Below, piece by piece: positions 1-9,892 of a DNA stretch of 64,000 nucleotides (its first letter is position 1; each line of letters opens with the position of its first letter). The DNA is from an uncultured bacterium (GTDB lineage: Bacteria; Patescibacteriota; Minisyncoccia; Phycocordibacterales; UBA9973), in NCBI GenBank assembly GCA_903869825.1, contig CAIQAL010000028.1, positions 1,315 through 65,314 on the forward strand. Direction: 5' to 3'. A program made the position numbers and the translations under genes. The notes beneath the pieces are model-generated. The model had not been told where the DNA came from. It saw only the letters and a program-made list of their open reading frames with translations, and did not search any database.

Positions 1-28
1 TTGGGCTGGTTTATGCAATAATGAATCC

Positions 29-262
29 ATGCATTTAATAGCCAAAATACTGCCATATGCGCAGATCGTCTTTTCAGTAGTATTAATTATAGCTATCCTA
101 CTTCAGCAATCAGCCGCTGGCCTAGGTGGAGCACTCGGAGGAGGTGATGACACCTTCCATCATACTCGTCGGGGTTTTGAGAAATTTCTTTTTTACTTAT
201 CGATAGTGATCGGGATTCTTTTTGCTTTATCCGCATTTCTCGCTATAATAATAAAAAGATAG
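29..262 (+). CDS. secG: preprotein translocase subunit SecG
   Basis: 77 aa, two TM helices separated by Gly-rich motif LLQQSAAGLGGALGGG typical of SecG. Confidence 0.6.
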   Translation: MHLIAKILPYAQIVFSVVLIIAILLQQSAAGLGGALGGGDDTFHHTRRGFEKFLFYLSIVIGILFALSAFLAIIIKR

Positions 263-358
263 AAGCTACCGCTAAATTTTTTGCATTTTTTTCTTTATAT
301 GGAAAATTTCTACAATCGTACCCGTAATTTTATATTGCCTTTACAAAATAAAATTAAA

Positions 359-2050
359 ATGGCTCTTTCTTCGTTTTCAAAAAAAGAACGGATTGTTTTT
401 TTAGTTCTTTTGGGAATTTTATTTTTTAGTACTGCAGTTTTACTCGAAAAAGTGAATGAGAATTTTATGGTTAGTGTTCCAGCTAAGGGTGGTTCAATCT
501 CGGAAGGAATTATTGGTTCTCCGAGGTTCATAAATCCAATACTCGCTATTACCTCAGCCGATAATGACTTAGTTTCTCTTGTTTATTCTGGTCTAATGCG
601 AAGAAACACTGAAGGCAATCTGATTCCCGATTTAGCTCAAAAACCGGAGATCTCCAAGGATGGTCTAACTTATACTTTTACATTAAAGAACAACATATCC
701 TTTCAAGATGGGAAACCAGTAACGGCAGATGATGTGATTTTTACTATTAATGAAATAAAAGATCCGATTATAAAAAGTCCAGAAAAAATAAATTGGGACG
801 GAGTGACTGTAGAAAAGGTTGACGAGAAAACAATTAAATTTACGCTCAAACAACCTTATGCTTCATTCTTAGACAATACAACTTTGGGAATTCTTCCAAT
901 GTATTTATGGTCAAATTCACCAATCGAAATAAACGACCACAACATAAGCCCAGTCGGATCCGGTCCTTACCAAGTCACAAAGGTAAATAAACAATCAAAT
1001 GGGGTAATAAATAGTTTAGAATTAAAATCCTTTAATAAATTTGTTTTAGGAGTGCCATACATTGGAAATATCACTTTTAATTTTTACCCCAATGGAAGTG
1101 ACCTAATCTCTGCCCTTTCAAATGGGGACATTTCCCAAGCAAGTTCCATCACTCCTAAAAATGCCGAAGATTTAAAATCAAAAAACTATGTCATTAAATC
1201 TTCTGTCTTGCCAAGAGTTTTTGGGCTTTTCTTCAATCAAAATAAGAATCAAATTTTCACCGACAAAAATTTAAAAGAGGCCATAAATCTCGCTATAGAC
1301 AAAGATAAAATCGTGAACGACGTTCTTTCTGGATATGGGATGGTGACCGATAATCCAATTCCATCAAGTTTGGTTGTTTATGAAAATTCAAACGGTAACA
1401 TCAAAGGGACTACCGAAGAAAATTTTGCAAAAGCCAGTAATCTTTTGGAAAAAGACGGTTGGAAAAAGAACGCCGCTGGTTTTTTGGAAAAGACTGTGAC
1501 GATAAAGAAAAAGAAAACAACCACAACCTTAGAATTTTCAATTTCGACCGGAAATACTCCAGAACTTGCCGAGTCCGCTGAAATTGTAAGACAAAATTTA
1601 ACGGCACTTGGAATGAAAGTGGATGTAAAAACTTTTGAGGTAGGTAACCTGAATCAGTCAATAATTCGTCCACGTGATTATGAAGTGCTTCTATATGGTC
1701 AAATGATTAATCATGAATCCGACTTGCTTTCTTTCTGGCATTCTTCCCAACGAACCGACCCGGGAAGAAACATCGCGATGTATACAAATGCAAAAGTAGA
1801 TAAAATATTGGAAGACGCTTTCACCATGACCGACTCGGAAGCTCGAGCAAAAAAATATGTTCAATTTGAAGACGAAATAAATAAAGATTTGCCGGCGGTA
1901 TTCTTGTATAGCCCAGACTTTATCTACGTAGTATCAAGTGATCTGAAGGGAATTAATGTCGAGCATATTACTTCTCCTTCTGATAGATTCCTTAATTCAT
2001 ATTTATGGTATCTTAAGACAGAAAACATTTGGAAAATGTTTTCTAAATAA
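359..2050 (+). CDS. ABC transporter substrate-binding protein, family 5 (oligopeptide/nickel type), N-terminal membrane anchor
   Basis: ~560 aa; N-terminal TM (LVLLGILFFSTAVLL); length and sequence pattern of SBP_bac_5 proteins; ORF opens at 281 but Met at 359 precedes the signal/anchor. Confidence 0.55.
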   Translation: MALSSFSKKERIVFLVLLGILFFSTAVLLEKVNENFMVSVPAKGGSISEGIIGSPRFINPILAITSADNDLVSLVYSGLMRRNTEGNLIPDLAQKPEISKDGLTYTFTLKNNISFQDGKPVTADDVIFTINEIKDPIIKSPEKINWDGVTVEKVDEKTIKFTLKQPYASFLDNTTLGILPMYLWSNSPIEINDHNISPVGSGPYQVTKVNKQSNGVINSLELKSFNKFVLGVPYIGNITFNFYPNGSDLISALSNGDISQASSITPKNAEDLKSKNYVIKSSVLPRVFGLFFNQNKNQIFTDKNLKEAINLAIDKDKIVNDVLSGYGMVTDNPIPSSLVVYENSNGNIKGTTEENFAKASNLLEKDGWKKNAAGFLEKTVTIKKKKTTTTLEFSISTGNTPELAESAEIVRQNLTALGMKVDVKTFEVGNLNQSIIRPRDYEVLLYGQMINHESDLLSFWHSSQRTDPGRNIAMYTNAKVDKILEDAFTMTDSEARAKKYVQFEDEINKDLPAVFLYSPDFIYVVSSDLKGINVEHITSPSDRFLNSYLWYLKTENIWKMFSK

Positions 2051-2119
2051 AAAACTAGCCCAGACTTTATCTTAATTAAATTTAAAGCCAAAATTATTAA
2101 ACTAAAAAAACAGAAATAA

Positions 2120-4102
2120 ATGACAAAAAAAACAAGACTATCTTTCAGTGCTGTAAGTATTGAAAACAAAAAAGAAGAAAAACCTTCCGAACTTAAATTC
2201 GAACACCGATTCCCCGCCCGAAACTCATTTGGGGCAGGACAATCTCGCCGAGCCGACTCTTACCATTCAGAAAATAAATTTCAAGAAAAGAAAAAAGGAA
2301 TAAAAAATTCTACTTATCAATATTCAAAATTCGGCAAAAAGCAAAACGTCAGAAGAAGTAGTAACTCTGGACTAAAAACTCAGATGAACAGTAACAGTGA
2401 CGGAAAGGTCCCTCAAATTGAAGAAGGGAAAATTCGAATTATTCCGCTAGGTGGAGTCGAAGAAATTGGAAAAAATATGACTGCTATTGAAATCGGAGAA
2501 GACATAATAATAGTCGACGCAGGAATGCACTTTTCTAATGAAGACACTCCAGGAGTAGATTACGTCATTCCAAATACTACTTATCTCGAAGAACACAAAG
2601 ACAAAATCAGAGGCCTTTTTATCACCCACGGACACTTAGATCATATCGGAGGGGTGCCAGTAGTACTGTCTCGAATCGGAAACCCAAAGGTGTATTCCAG
2701 AAATCTCTCTATTCTATTAATGAAAAAACGTCAAGCAGAATTCCCTCACCTGCCACCGCTTCAAGCCGAAGTTGTTGAAAAAAACGAAATCATAACTTGT
2801 GGAAAAATTAAAGTTAGGATTTTCGGAGTTACTCACACCATCCCGGACTCGATGGGAATAATCATTGAAACAAAAAATGGTTGGATCGTGACTCCGGGCG
2901 ATTATAAGCTAGACCAAGTAGATGGTATCGTAAGTCAAGAAGAAGAAAAAGTTTATTCCATTTTTGACAAAGCAAAAGTACTTTTGTTAATGACCGACTC
3001 AACCAACATTGAAAATGAAGGATTCTCACTTCCTGAAATTAAAGTGCACCAAGGACTCGAAAACTTAATTAAAAAAATAAACGGCCGAATAATTATAGCT
3101 GCTTTCGCTTCTCATATTACCCGTCTCACTCACGTGGTAAAAGTTGCAGAAGCCCTCGGCAAAAAAATTGCTATCGATGGCCGTTCAATGAAAACTAACA
3201 TCGATGTTGCGATTGAGGCCGGATATTTCAAACCAAAAAAAGATACAATTATTCCGATTGAAGAAGCAGACAGCTATCCTCCAAACAAAGTTGTTATCCT
3301 AATGACTGGTTCTCAAGGAGAAGAATTTGCTGCATTGTCGAGAGCTGCCAACAAATCGCATAAAAAATTCGGGATCAAAAAGGGAGACACTATTATCCTT
3401 TCAGCTTCGGTTGTGCCGGGAAATGAAATCAAAGTACAAAGAATTAAGGACAATCTTTCTCGTCAAGGAGTAAAAATACTAAGTTATCGAACCGCGGGAG
3501 AAGACTTTATCCACGCAACTGGACACGGGAACAAAGAAGATATAAGATGGCTCCACCGAAAAACGCATCCAAAATTTTTTATCCCGATTCACGGCAATCA
3601 TTTTATGCTTGAACTTCATAAAGAAGTCGCAATGGAATTGGGAATGCCAGAAGACCATATTATCGTTCCTGACAATGGTTCGGTAATTGAAATTTCCGCT
3701 GATGGAAACAAAATGGTCCTCCGAAAAGAAAAGGCTCCAAGTGCTCCTATGATGGTAGATGGACTAGCAATTTCAGATGTACAAGACGTAGTTATCCGCG
3801 ACCGAGTAATGCTTGCTCAAGATGGAATGTTTGTAGTTATCGCGGTGATAGATCAAAATACTGGCAAACTTAAAAAGTCCCCTGACTTGATTTCCCGTGG
3901 TTTTGTTTACTTGAAAGAAAACCAGGAACTTCTTCGACAAGTACGAATCATTATCAAAAAATCAGTAGAAGACTCCACGATGAAAATGAACCCACTTGAT
4001 CTTGATCATATCAAGAATAATTTAGGAGAAATTATTTCAAAATATCTTTATCAAAAAACAGCCAAGCGCCCACTTGTTATTCCAGTTGTCTTAAGTGTCT
4101 AA
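2120..4102 (+). CDS. rnj: ribonuclease J (metallo-beta-lactamase/beta-CASP RNase) with ~100-aa basic low-complexity N-terminal extension
   Basis: HGHLDHIGG zinc motif, beta-CASP and C-terminal domain pattern, conserved core begins near KIRIIPLGGVEEIGKNM. Confidence 0.85.
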   Translation: MTKKTRLSFSAVSIENKKEEKPSELKFEHRFPARNSFGAGQSRRADSYHSENKFQEKKKGIKNSTYQYSKFGKKQNVRRSSNSGLKTQMNSNSDGKVPQIEEGKIRIIPLGGVEEIGKNMTAIEIGEDIIIVDAGMHFSNEDTPGVDYVIPNTTYLEEHKDKIRGLFITHGHLDHIGGVPVVLSRIGNPKVYSRNLSILLMKKRQAEFPHLPPLQAEVVEKNEIITCGKIKVRIFGVTHTIPDSMGIIIETKNGWIVTPGDYKLDQVDGIVSQEEEKVYSIFDKAKVLLLMTDSTNIENEGFSLPEIKVHQGLENLIKKINGRIIIAAFASHITRLTHVVKVAEALGKKIAIDGRSMKTNIDVAIEAGYFKPKKDTIIPIEEADSYPPNKVVILMTGSQGEEFAALSRAANKSHKKFGIKKGDTIILSASVVPGNEIKVQRIKDNLSRQGVKILSYRTAGEDFIHATGHGNKEDIRWLHRKTHPKFFIPIHGNHFMLELHKEVAMELGMPEDHIIVPDNGSVIEISADGNKMVLRKEKAPSAPMMVDGLAISDVQDVVIRDRVMLAQDGMFVVIAVIDQNTGKLKKSPDLISRGFVYLKENQELLRQVRIIIKKSVEDSTMKMNPLDLDHIKNNLGEIISKYLYQKTAKRPLVIPVVLSV

Positions 4103-4120
4103 ATATTAAAAATAGCAAAT

Positions 4121-5269
4121 ATGCCAAATCATAAAAACATCACATATCTGGCAGGATTCTTGTTTTCCGTTTCTCTCGCTCTCATTTCTTATGTTAACTC
4201 CAGTTTCCTAGGTAGATTTGTTAGCGAGTATTCGGTTGGAGCTATTTTTATTATAGCATCAATCCTGACTGTCTGGTCCCTTCTTAAAATGCCAATAATT
4301 CTTGCGCAACTAGGAAACCGCTTCACTGCTCTTTTGTTTTCTTTGTTGAATTTTATTGCCCTCTGTGTGATGGCACTGGCAGGAAATGCTTACATTGTTA
4401 TTCCGGCTTTTATATTATTTTTTATTTCGATGAATTTTCTTATTGCATCGTTTGATATTTTTGTCGAGGATATGTCAAAAAATCACTCGGTTGGAAAACT
4501 ACGCGGACTGTTCTTAATGACTGTTAATATTGCCTGGATTTTGGCTCAAATTATTTCGAGTTCGCTAGTAGCAAGTGGTTCTTTCCGAGGAGTATATTTC
4601 TTTTCAGCAAGCTTTATGTTTCTCGTTTCAGTAATTTTTCTTTTTTTCTTTGGGAATTTCAAGGACCCGAAGTACATAAAGGTGCCGATATTGAAAACAC
4701 TAAGAGTGTTTATCCAAAATAGAAATATTTCAAAAATATATTTAATAAATCTTATCTTAAAATTATTTTTTGCCTGGATGGTTATCTACTCTCCAATCTA
4801 TATGTCGGAATATCTTCACTTCAACTGGGAGCAAATAGGAATTATCCTTACTATTATGCTTATCCCTTTTGTTTTAGTAGATTATCCTCTCGGAAGGTTA
4901 TCGGACAAAATTGGTGAAAAGAAAATATTAATTACCGGTTTTTTAATTAGCATCTTCTTTACTTTCCTGATTCCTTTTATTAATAGCGCAAGCGTCCTTG
5001 TCTGGGCGGGCGTTTTTTTCTGTACTCGGATTGGAGCTGCTAGTATCGAAGTAATGAGTGAAGGTTATTTCTTCAAAGTAGTCAAGGAAAAAAACGCGGA
5101 TGAAGTTAGTTTTTTCCGAAATACTTTTCCCCTTTCTTACATTATCGCTCCCGCCATTGCCACTCCTTTACTGTTTATCCTCCCATCTTTTAATTTTTTA
5201 TTTTTTATTATTGCTGCCTTTTTGCTTTTAGGACTCCTAATAACTTTACGGCTTCGAGACATTAAATAA
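4121..5269 (+). CDS. polytopic membrane transporter (MFS-like)
   Basis: 382 aa, ~10-12 predicted TM segments, no soluble domain. Confidence 0.45.
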   Translation: MPNHKNITYLAGFLFSVSLALISYVNSSFLGRFVSEYSVGAIFIIASILTVWSLLKMPIILAQLGNRFTALLFSLLNFIALCVMALAGNAYIVIPAFILFFISMNFLIASFDIFVEDMSKNHSVGKLRGLFLMTVNIAWILAQIISSSLVASGSFRGVYFFSASFMFLVSVIFLFFFGNFKDPKYIKVPILKTLRVFIQNRNISKIYLINLILKLFFAWMVIYSPIYMSEYLHFNWEQIGIILTIMLIPFVLVDYPLGRLSDKIGEKKILITGFLISIFFTFLIPFINSASVLVWAGVFFCTRIGAASIEVMSEGYFFKVVKEKNADEVSFFRNTFPLSYIIAPAIATPLLFILPSFNFLFFIIAAFLLLGLLITLRLRDIK

Positions 5270-5272
5270 TAT

Positions 5273-6577
5273 CTATTTGGCAGCTTCCAGCGTAACTTGA
5301 ACAGTCTTTTCTACCCCCCTATGGAGAATTTTTAAGGTAATAGCATCCCCGACATTTTTACTGCGAATAGCCATAGCCAAAGAATTTTGATCGTCAATTT
5401 TTACTCCATTTACTTCCAAAAGTATGTCATTTTCCACGATCCCTGCTTTATCCGCTGGACTTCCGGGAATGACCGCAAGGTCAGTCGCCTGGTTCCCTGG
5501 TTTAACAAGGACTCCATAATCTACAGAAAGTTTATTGGCATCTTTGATTTCAGGAGTAATTGAAATATATCTGACCCCTAAATATGGTCGAATAATTTTT
5601 CCTGTATTTTTTACCGAGGTGATTGACCCCTCAATAGAATTTACTGGAAGAGCAAAACCTACATTTTGAGAACCTTGCGCAATCGCCACATTTATACCGA
5701 TAACTCGTCCAGAAAGATCAAGCAACGGGCCACCAGAATTTCCAGGATTAATGGCTGCATCTGTTTGAATAACATGGTCCAAGGTTTCAGTGCCGCCGCC
5801 CGTCGTATCTCCAGCGGTAATTGAACGAGTAAGTCCTGAAACAACCCCGACAGAAACAGAGTTTCTAAATTCCCCAAGTGCATTTCCGATTGCGATTACA
5901 CTTTGACCAACTTGGAGATTATCCGAATTACCAAAAGAAAGTGGTGGGTAATCTGAACCATCGATTTTTATCAGTGCAACGTCGAGTATTGGGTCCTTGG
6001 CGATCACTTTTGCCGTATGTTTTTTACCATCATTGGTATAAACCGTGTAATCCACTCCTAGCTGATCTACCACATGTTTATTGGTAACAATCAAGCCATT
6101 GCTTGATACAAAAAATCCTGATCCTCCTCCGATGTCTTTTTTTTGAGTTCCATTCTGACAATACTGCGGAATGTTGAAGAAATTATTTGGTAGCCCTGGG
6201 AAAAGATCTTCGAAGGGATTTCGATTCTGTCCATTGGGATCAGTGCAAGTCTGGTATTTTGGTACATTTTGGCTAAGGATAATAGAAACAACAGCAGGGC
6301 TCGATTTTTTAACTGCATCAACGACCAAAGACTCTTGGGAGAGGATGGACTGTTTTTCAAAAGTAACAGCACCCGCCTGAGAATTACTTGGCAATTTGGA
6401 TTCTCGTAAATATTCTTTAGCAAAATAACCAAAAACATTTGCTCGATAAATCCAAACTATCCCGAATCCAATAATCAAAATTAAAAAAAAAGAAACAAGA
6501 CTAGCAAGAAAAGCATATACAAATGTCTTATTTGAAAATGCTTTTTTAAACATTTCTTTTAGATTTGTATTTTTCAT
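5273..6577 (-). CDS. htrA: HtrA/DegP-family trypsin-like serine protease with C-terminal PDZ domain, N-terminal TM anchor
   Basis: catalytic triad context incl. GNSGGPL motif; PDZ-like C-terminus (GIVENDILLEVNGVKI). Confidence 0.85.
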   Translation of the reverse strand: MKNTNLKEMFKKAFSNKTFVYAFLASLVSFFLILIIGFGIVWIYRANVFGYFAKEYLRESKLPSNSQAGAVTFEKQSILSQESLVVDAVKKSSPAVVSIILSQNVPKYQTCTDPNGQNRNPFEDLFPGLPNNFFNIPQYCQNGTQKKDIGGGSGFFVSSNGLIVTNKHVVDQLGVDYTVYTNDGKKHTAKVIAKDPILDVALIKIDGSDYPPLSFGNSDNLQVGQSVIAIGNALGEFRNSVSVGVVSGLTRSITAGDTTGGGTETLDHVIQTDAAINPGNSGGPLLDLSGRVIGINVAIAQGSQNVGFALPVNSIEGSITSVKNTGKIIRPYLGVRYISITPEIKDANKLSVDYGVLVKPGNQATDLAVIPGSPADKAGIVENDILLEVNGVKIDDQNSLAMAIRSKNVGDAITLKILHRGVEKTVQVTLEAAK

Positions 6578-6643
6578 ATAGTAGTAATTATTAATAATAA
6601 TTAGCCTATTTATTTCATAGGTAAAAAATATTATATCAATGCT

Positions 6644-7057
6644 TTATTTCTTTAGCAAATGATTTTTGTAAATATGTGCTTTATATGGCTTTAACCTTCT
6701 TACCTTAGTGATTAAACCATTTATTTCCAAATCTTTTTTTAAGTCTTTCACGTATGCCCTCTGGTCGTAGCCAAGTGCAATAATATCGGGATCCTCTTTT
6801 ACTATTTGTGATAAGTAATTATTCAAGCCTCCTAAAACAACTTTATCTGCTATTCTAGTTTTTTTTACCAAAACCAATCTTTTCTTTTCCGAAAAATCTG
6901 GTATTTTGTCTTTGATTCTTTTAACGTTTATATCTCGCGCAATTGAAACAATTAAAAACGAGTTTTTGGCTAACTTTTTTGCCTGTTTGAAAAAATTCAA
7001 ATGCCCTCTGTGGATTCCATCAAAAGTTCCAAACACCATTACTTTTATCTTTTTCAT
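6644..7057 (-). CDS. cytidylyltransferase-like nucleotidyltransferase (RibL/TagD/FAD-synthase-like)
   Basis: N-terminal GTFDGIHRGHL (HxGH nucleotidyltransferase motif), 137 aa. Confidence 0.6.
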   Translation of the reverse strand: MKKIKVMVFGTFDGIHRGHLNFFKQAKKLAKNSFLIVSIARDINVKRIKDKIPDFSEKKRLVLVKKTRIADKVVLGGLNNYLSQIVKEDPDIIALGYDQRAYVKDLKKDLEINGLITKVRRLKPYKAHIYKNHLLKK

Positions 7058-7112
7058 CTATCTATTATATCAAATCTTATCCACACGTAAAATTTACCCC
7101 GTCTTTATCGGG

Positions 7113-7141
7113 TTGACTTCAATTTTACGAAAGCATAGAAT
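7113..7141 (+). promoter_or_regulatory. sigma70-like promoter (TTGACT -17 nt- TAGAAT) driving the riboswitch leader
   Basis: ttgact at 7113-7118, 17-nt spacer, tagaat at 7136-7141. Confidence 0.35.
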
Positions 7142-7147
7142 AAAGAA

Positions 7148-7322
7148 GTTCGTATAGTAATTTATATAAGTGATTGGGGAAACTGGTTTGATTCCAGTAC
7201 AGTGCCGCTACGGTAAGCCCTCTTGGGGGACGAGTCCGAATACCAATCATTTAAGACAATCCCGAGCAGGAAACTTCTTTTTTGGAAGCCCAAAATTCTG
7301 CCGGAAGCAGAATTTTTTTTAT
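7148..7322 (+). ncRNA. cobalamin (AdoCbl) riboswitch-like leader with intrinsic-terminator expression platform
   Basis: GGGGAAACTGGTTTGATTCCAG...GCCGCTACGGTAAG resembles conserved cobalamin core (GGGAAnnCGGTGAAAnTCC...CGCnACnGTnA); AGTCCGAATACC resembles B12 box (AGYCMGGAGACC); ends in hairpin aattctgc-cggaa-gcagaatt + T8 (7294-7320) 4 nt before ATG. Confidence 0.55.
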
Positions 7323-7324
7323 TT

Positions 7325-7759
7325 ATGAGTAAAAAAACCGAAAAATTAATATTGATTATCTTTCTAATTTTTGTTTGTTTGCTATTTATTCGTATTTATA
7401 AAAAATTTCCTGTGTCCCCCGCTCTCAGCCAGAAAGTAGAACCGTCCACCATCAATAAAAAAACAACCCCTATAGGAATTTTTTTTGAAATAAACGGCCT
7501 AAAATATGAAAACATGATATCGGGGCCCTTGAGTGTTTATAGTTTTATGGAAAATTTACAAAACAACGGAAAAATAACTTTCAAAGATAAAACTTATTCA
7601 GGAATGGGAAAATTGATTGAGAGTATTAATGGGGTAAAAAACGGTGGGGAAAAAAATTGGATTTATTATGTAAATGGTAAAAAAGCAACAATCGGTGTGT
7701 CGAATTATCAAATAAACAATGGGGACATTGTCTCATGGCATTATGAAAAGAGTTATTAA
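7325..7759 (+). CDS. membrane-anchored DUF4430 (transcobalamin-like C-terminal beta-domain) protein
   Basis: N-terminal TM; C-terminal NWIYYVNGKKATIGVSNYQINNGDIVSWHYE pattern of DUF4430; ORF opens at 7223 inside the leader but Met at 7325 follows the terminator. Confidence 0.6.
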   Translation: MSKKTEKLILIIFLIFVCLLFIRIYKKFPVSPALSQKVEPSTINKKTTPIGIFFEINGLKYENMISGPLSVYSFMENLQNNGKITFKDKTYSGMGKLIESINGVKNGGEKNWIYYVNGKKATIGVSNYQINNGDIVSWHYEKSY

Positions 7760-9269
7760 AGTTTTAGTGTTAATTATGGTTTTATTTATCAGCCGTAGTG
7801 TTTTTGCAAATACTCCAGTACATTTAAAAATCCAAATAGATACCGGCATTATCTATGATAGTGATATGGAAGTTGAACCGTGTGACAGTGAAGGCGATGG
7901 AGTAATGAAAGAAACCGCATACTGTGCTTTAGTTAAATCAGGAATTCCTAGCGAATGGTCCGGGCTGTGGACAAATTCAATCAATGGAATCGTAAATAAT
8001 GATAACAATAATGGTGCATACTGGATGTGGCTTGCTAACCTAAACACAAACAATCCATACTCGGATTTTGCTTGTCATCAAGATGCCCCTTATAGCTGTT
8101 CAGCCAAACAGTACATATTAAATCCAAATGATAATATATTATTTTATTACAATATAAATCCGCTTAGCCCACCAGCCCCTGACCCTGTCCCTATTTCAAA
8201 CGGTGGAGGCGGAAGTGGTGGAGGAAGAATAATGTTCAAACCCATAGTGCCAAAAGTCACCTTTGACATTGATAAGGCATATAAATTTTTAGCCGACCAA
8301 CAAAAAATTAATGGCACTTGGGGAGAAGAAATTTATACGGATTGGTCAACCCTAGCACTAATGGGAACAGACAAATATCAGAACACTAAGATCAAATTAA
8401 CTAAATATTATTCCAGTAACAAAATAAAAGGCACTCTGCTTACCGATTATGAAAGACGAGCAATCGCGACAATGTCCTTAGGAATTAATCCATATAATAT
8501 TAACGGAGAAAATTATATCGAAAAAATAACCAATACTTTTGACGGAAAACAATTTGGCGATCCAAACGAAGAGAACGATGATATTTTTGCGCTCGTGGTA
8601 CTGCAGAATGCCGGTTATGAAACCGGAAATAAAATGATTTCGGGTGATATAGTTTTTATTCTTAACAACCAAAAAATAGATGGCTCTTGGAATGACAGTA
8701 TCGACCTGACTGGTGCTGCAATCGAAGCTCTCGCATTCTCAAAAGAAAATCTCCTAGTAAAAAGCGCCTTAGAAAAGGCAGCAATTTATTTAAAACAAAA
8801 TCAAAAAACGGATGGCGGCTTTGGAAATATCTCTACCACCGCTTGGGCGATGCAAGGAATTTTGGCTCTTGGTGAAAAACCGATTGATTGGGTAAAAACC
8901 AATTCCACTGGTGACGGGACAAGCACTCCACTTGATTATTTGGCTATCAATCAGGACATTGATGGCGGGATAAAAGAAACTGACCTAAACTCTAAAATTT
9001 GGGAAACCGCTTATGTCCTTTCATCTGTTGCTGGAAACCCCTGGAATCAAACAATCCAAAAATTTAAACAACCAGAACCGGAAGTTAAACCTGTGGCAGT
9101 TGAAAAACAAAACATACTAAAACCTAAAATAACCAAAACAAAAAATTTGGAATCTATCAGCGCTACCCCTCCTGCCCCAGAAATAATTATTCCAACAAAT
9201 ACCGTCCCAGTAAAAAAAGAAAATGGTTTTAAAAGGTTTATAAATAAAATTATGGGAATTTTCTTCTAA
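7743..9269 (+). CDS. secreted DUF4430-like domain + prenyltransferase/squalene-cyclase-type alpha/alpha-barrel repeat protein with C-terminal hydrophobic anchor
   Basis: signal peptide MKRVIKVLVLIMVLFISRSVFA; N-terminal YWMWLANLN...YILNPNDNILFYY DUF4430-like; Gly-rich linker; repeated QxxDGG(W/F)-type helical repeats (QKIDGSWND, QKTDGGFGN, QDIDGGIKE). Confidence 0.6.
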   Translation: MKRVIKVLVLIMVLFISRSVFANTPVHLKIQIDTGIIYDSDMEVEPCDSEGDGVMKETAYCALVKSGIPSEWSGLWTNSINGIVNNDNNNGAYWMWLANLNTNNPYSDFACHQDAPYSCSAKQYILNPNDNILFYYNINPLSPPAPDPVPISNGGGGSGGGRIMFKPIVPKVTFDIDKAYKFLADQQKINGTWGEEIYTDWSTLALMGTDKYQNTKIKLTKYYSSNKIKGTLLTDYERRAIATMSLGINPYNINGENYIEKITNTFDGKQFGDPNEENDDIFALVVLQNAGYETGNKMISGDIVFILNNQKIDGSWNDSIDLTGAAIEALAFSKENLLVKSALEKAAIYLKQNQKTDGGFGNISTTAWAMQGILALGEKPIDWVKTNSTGDGTSTPLDYLAINQDIDGGIKETDLNSKIWETAYVLSSVAGNPWNQTIQKFKQPEPEVKPVAVEKQNILKPKITKTKNLESISATPPAPEIIIPTNTVPVKKENGFKRFINKIMGIFF

Positions 9270-9892
9270 CGGATAACAAAAAATCCTAGCAAGACCGCAA
9301 CAATATTGAGCACCGAATGTGCAATCGAAATAAGCACTAGATTCGGATACTTCAAATAAAGCAAAGCAAAGAAAATCCCAGAAACAAAAGCAATAGGTAA
9401 GCCTATCCCTAAATTCGGAAAAATAATATGTAAGAGCGTAAACAAAATGGCGTTAAACAGAATAATCAAGTATTTATTTGAGTATAATTTCTCTAATCTT
9501 GGAATAAGGAAGGAACGAAAAGCGAATTCCTGAAAAAACGAAATTGGAATAAAAAAAATCCAAGTGTGAATAATATATTTTTTAGTGTCAATGTCTGGCA
9601 TATTTAGTTTGTGATCAATAAGGAAAAGAGCAATAATCCCCACCACCACAAAAGAAAAATAAAAAGGCAAGGATTTTTTAAAATTGTCATGCCGAACACC
9701 CATCTCTTCAAAACTCCATTCTTCTTTTCGAATAATTCCGTAAATAACAAGCGAACTAATGGCAAGCATCACGAAACGCCAACTAACAGGCAGAATATGA
9801 AAATACAATAAAAAAACCGGTAAGACAAAAATAATGAAAATCTGAACCAATATTAATCTTTTAGATGGTAAGTTGGTCATATTTTTATTCAA
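9266..9892 (-). CDS. CPBP-family (CAAX/Abi) intramembrane metalloprotease
   Basis: multi-TM; motifs EFAFRSFL, FTLLH, HSVLN matching CPBP EExxxR / FxxxH / HxxxN. Confidence 0.7.
   Translation of the reverse strand: MNKNMTNLPSKRLILVQIFIIFVLPVFLLYFHILPVSWRFVMLAISSLVIYGIIRKEEWSFEEMGVRHDNFKKSLPFYFSFVVVGIIALFLIDHKLNMPDIDTKKYIIHTWIFFIPISFFQEFAFRSFLIPRLEKLYSNKYLIILFNAILFTLLHIIFPNLGIGLPIAFVSGIFFALLYLKYPNLVLISIAHSVLNIVAVLLGFFVIR

Noticed and set aside
7290-7320. CCGGAAGCAG hairpin resembling the SRP RNA domain IV GGAAGCAG motif
   Set aside because: Only a 7-8-bp hairpin with a T-run; it lacks the rest of 4.5S RNA. Interpreted as the riboswitch terminator.
7223-7324. Upstream extension of the DUF4430 ORF (Met at 7223)
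   Set aside because: The extension would be translated through the riboswitch aptamer and terminator hairpin; the Met at 7325 immediately precedes the TM anchor.
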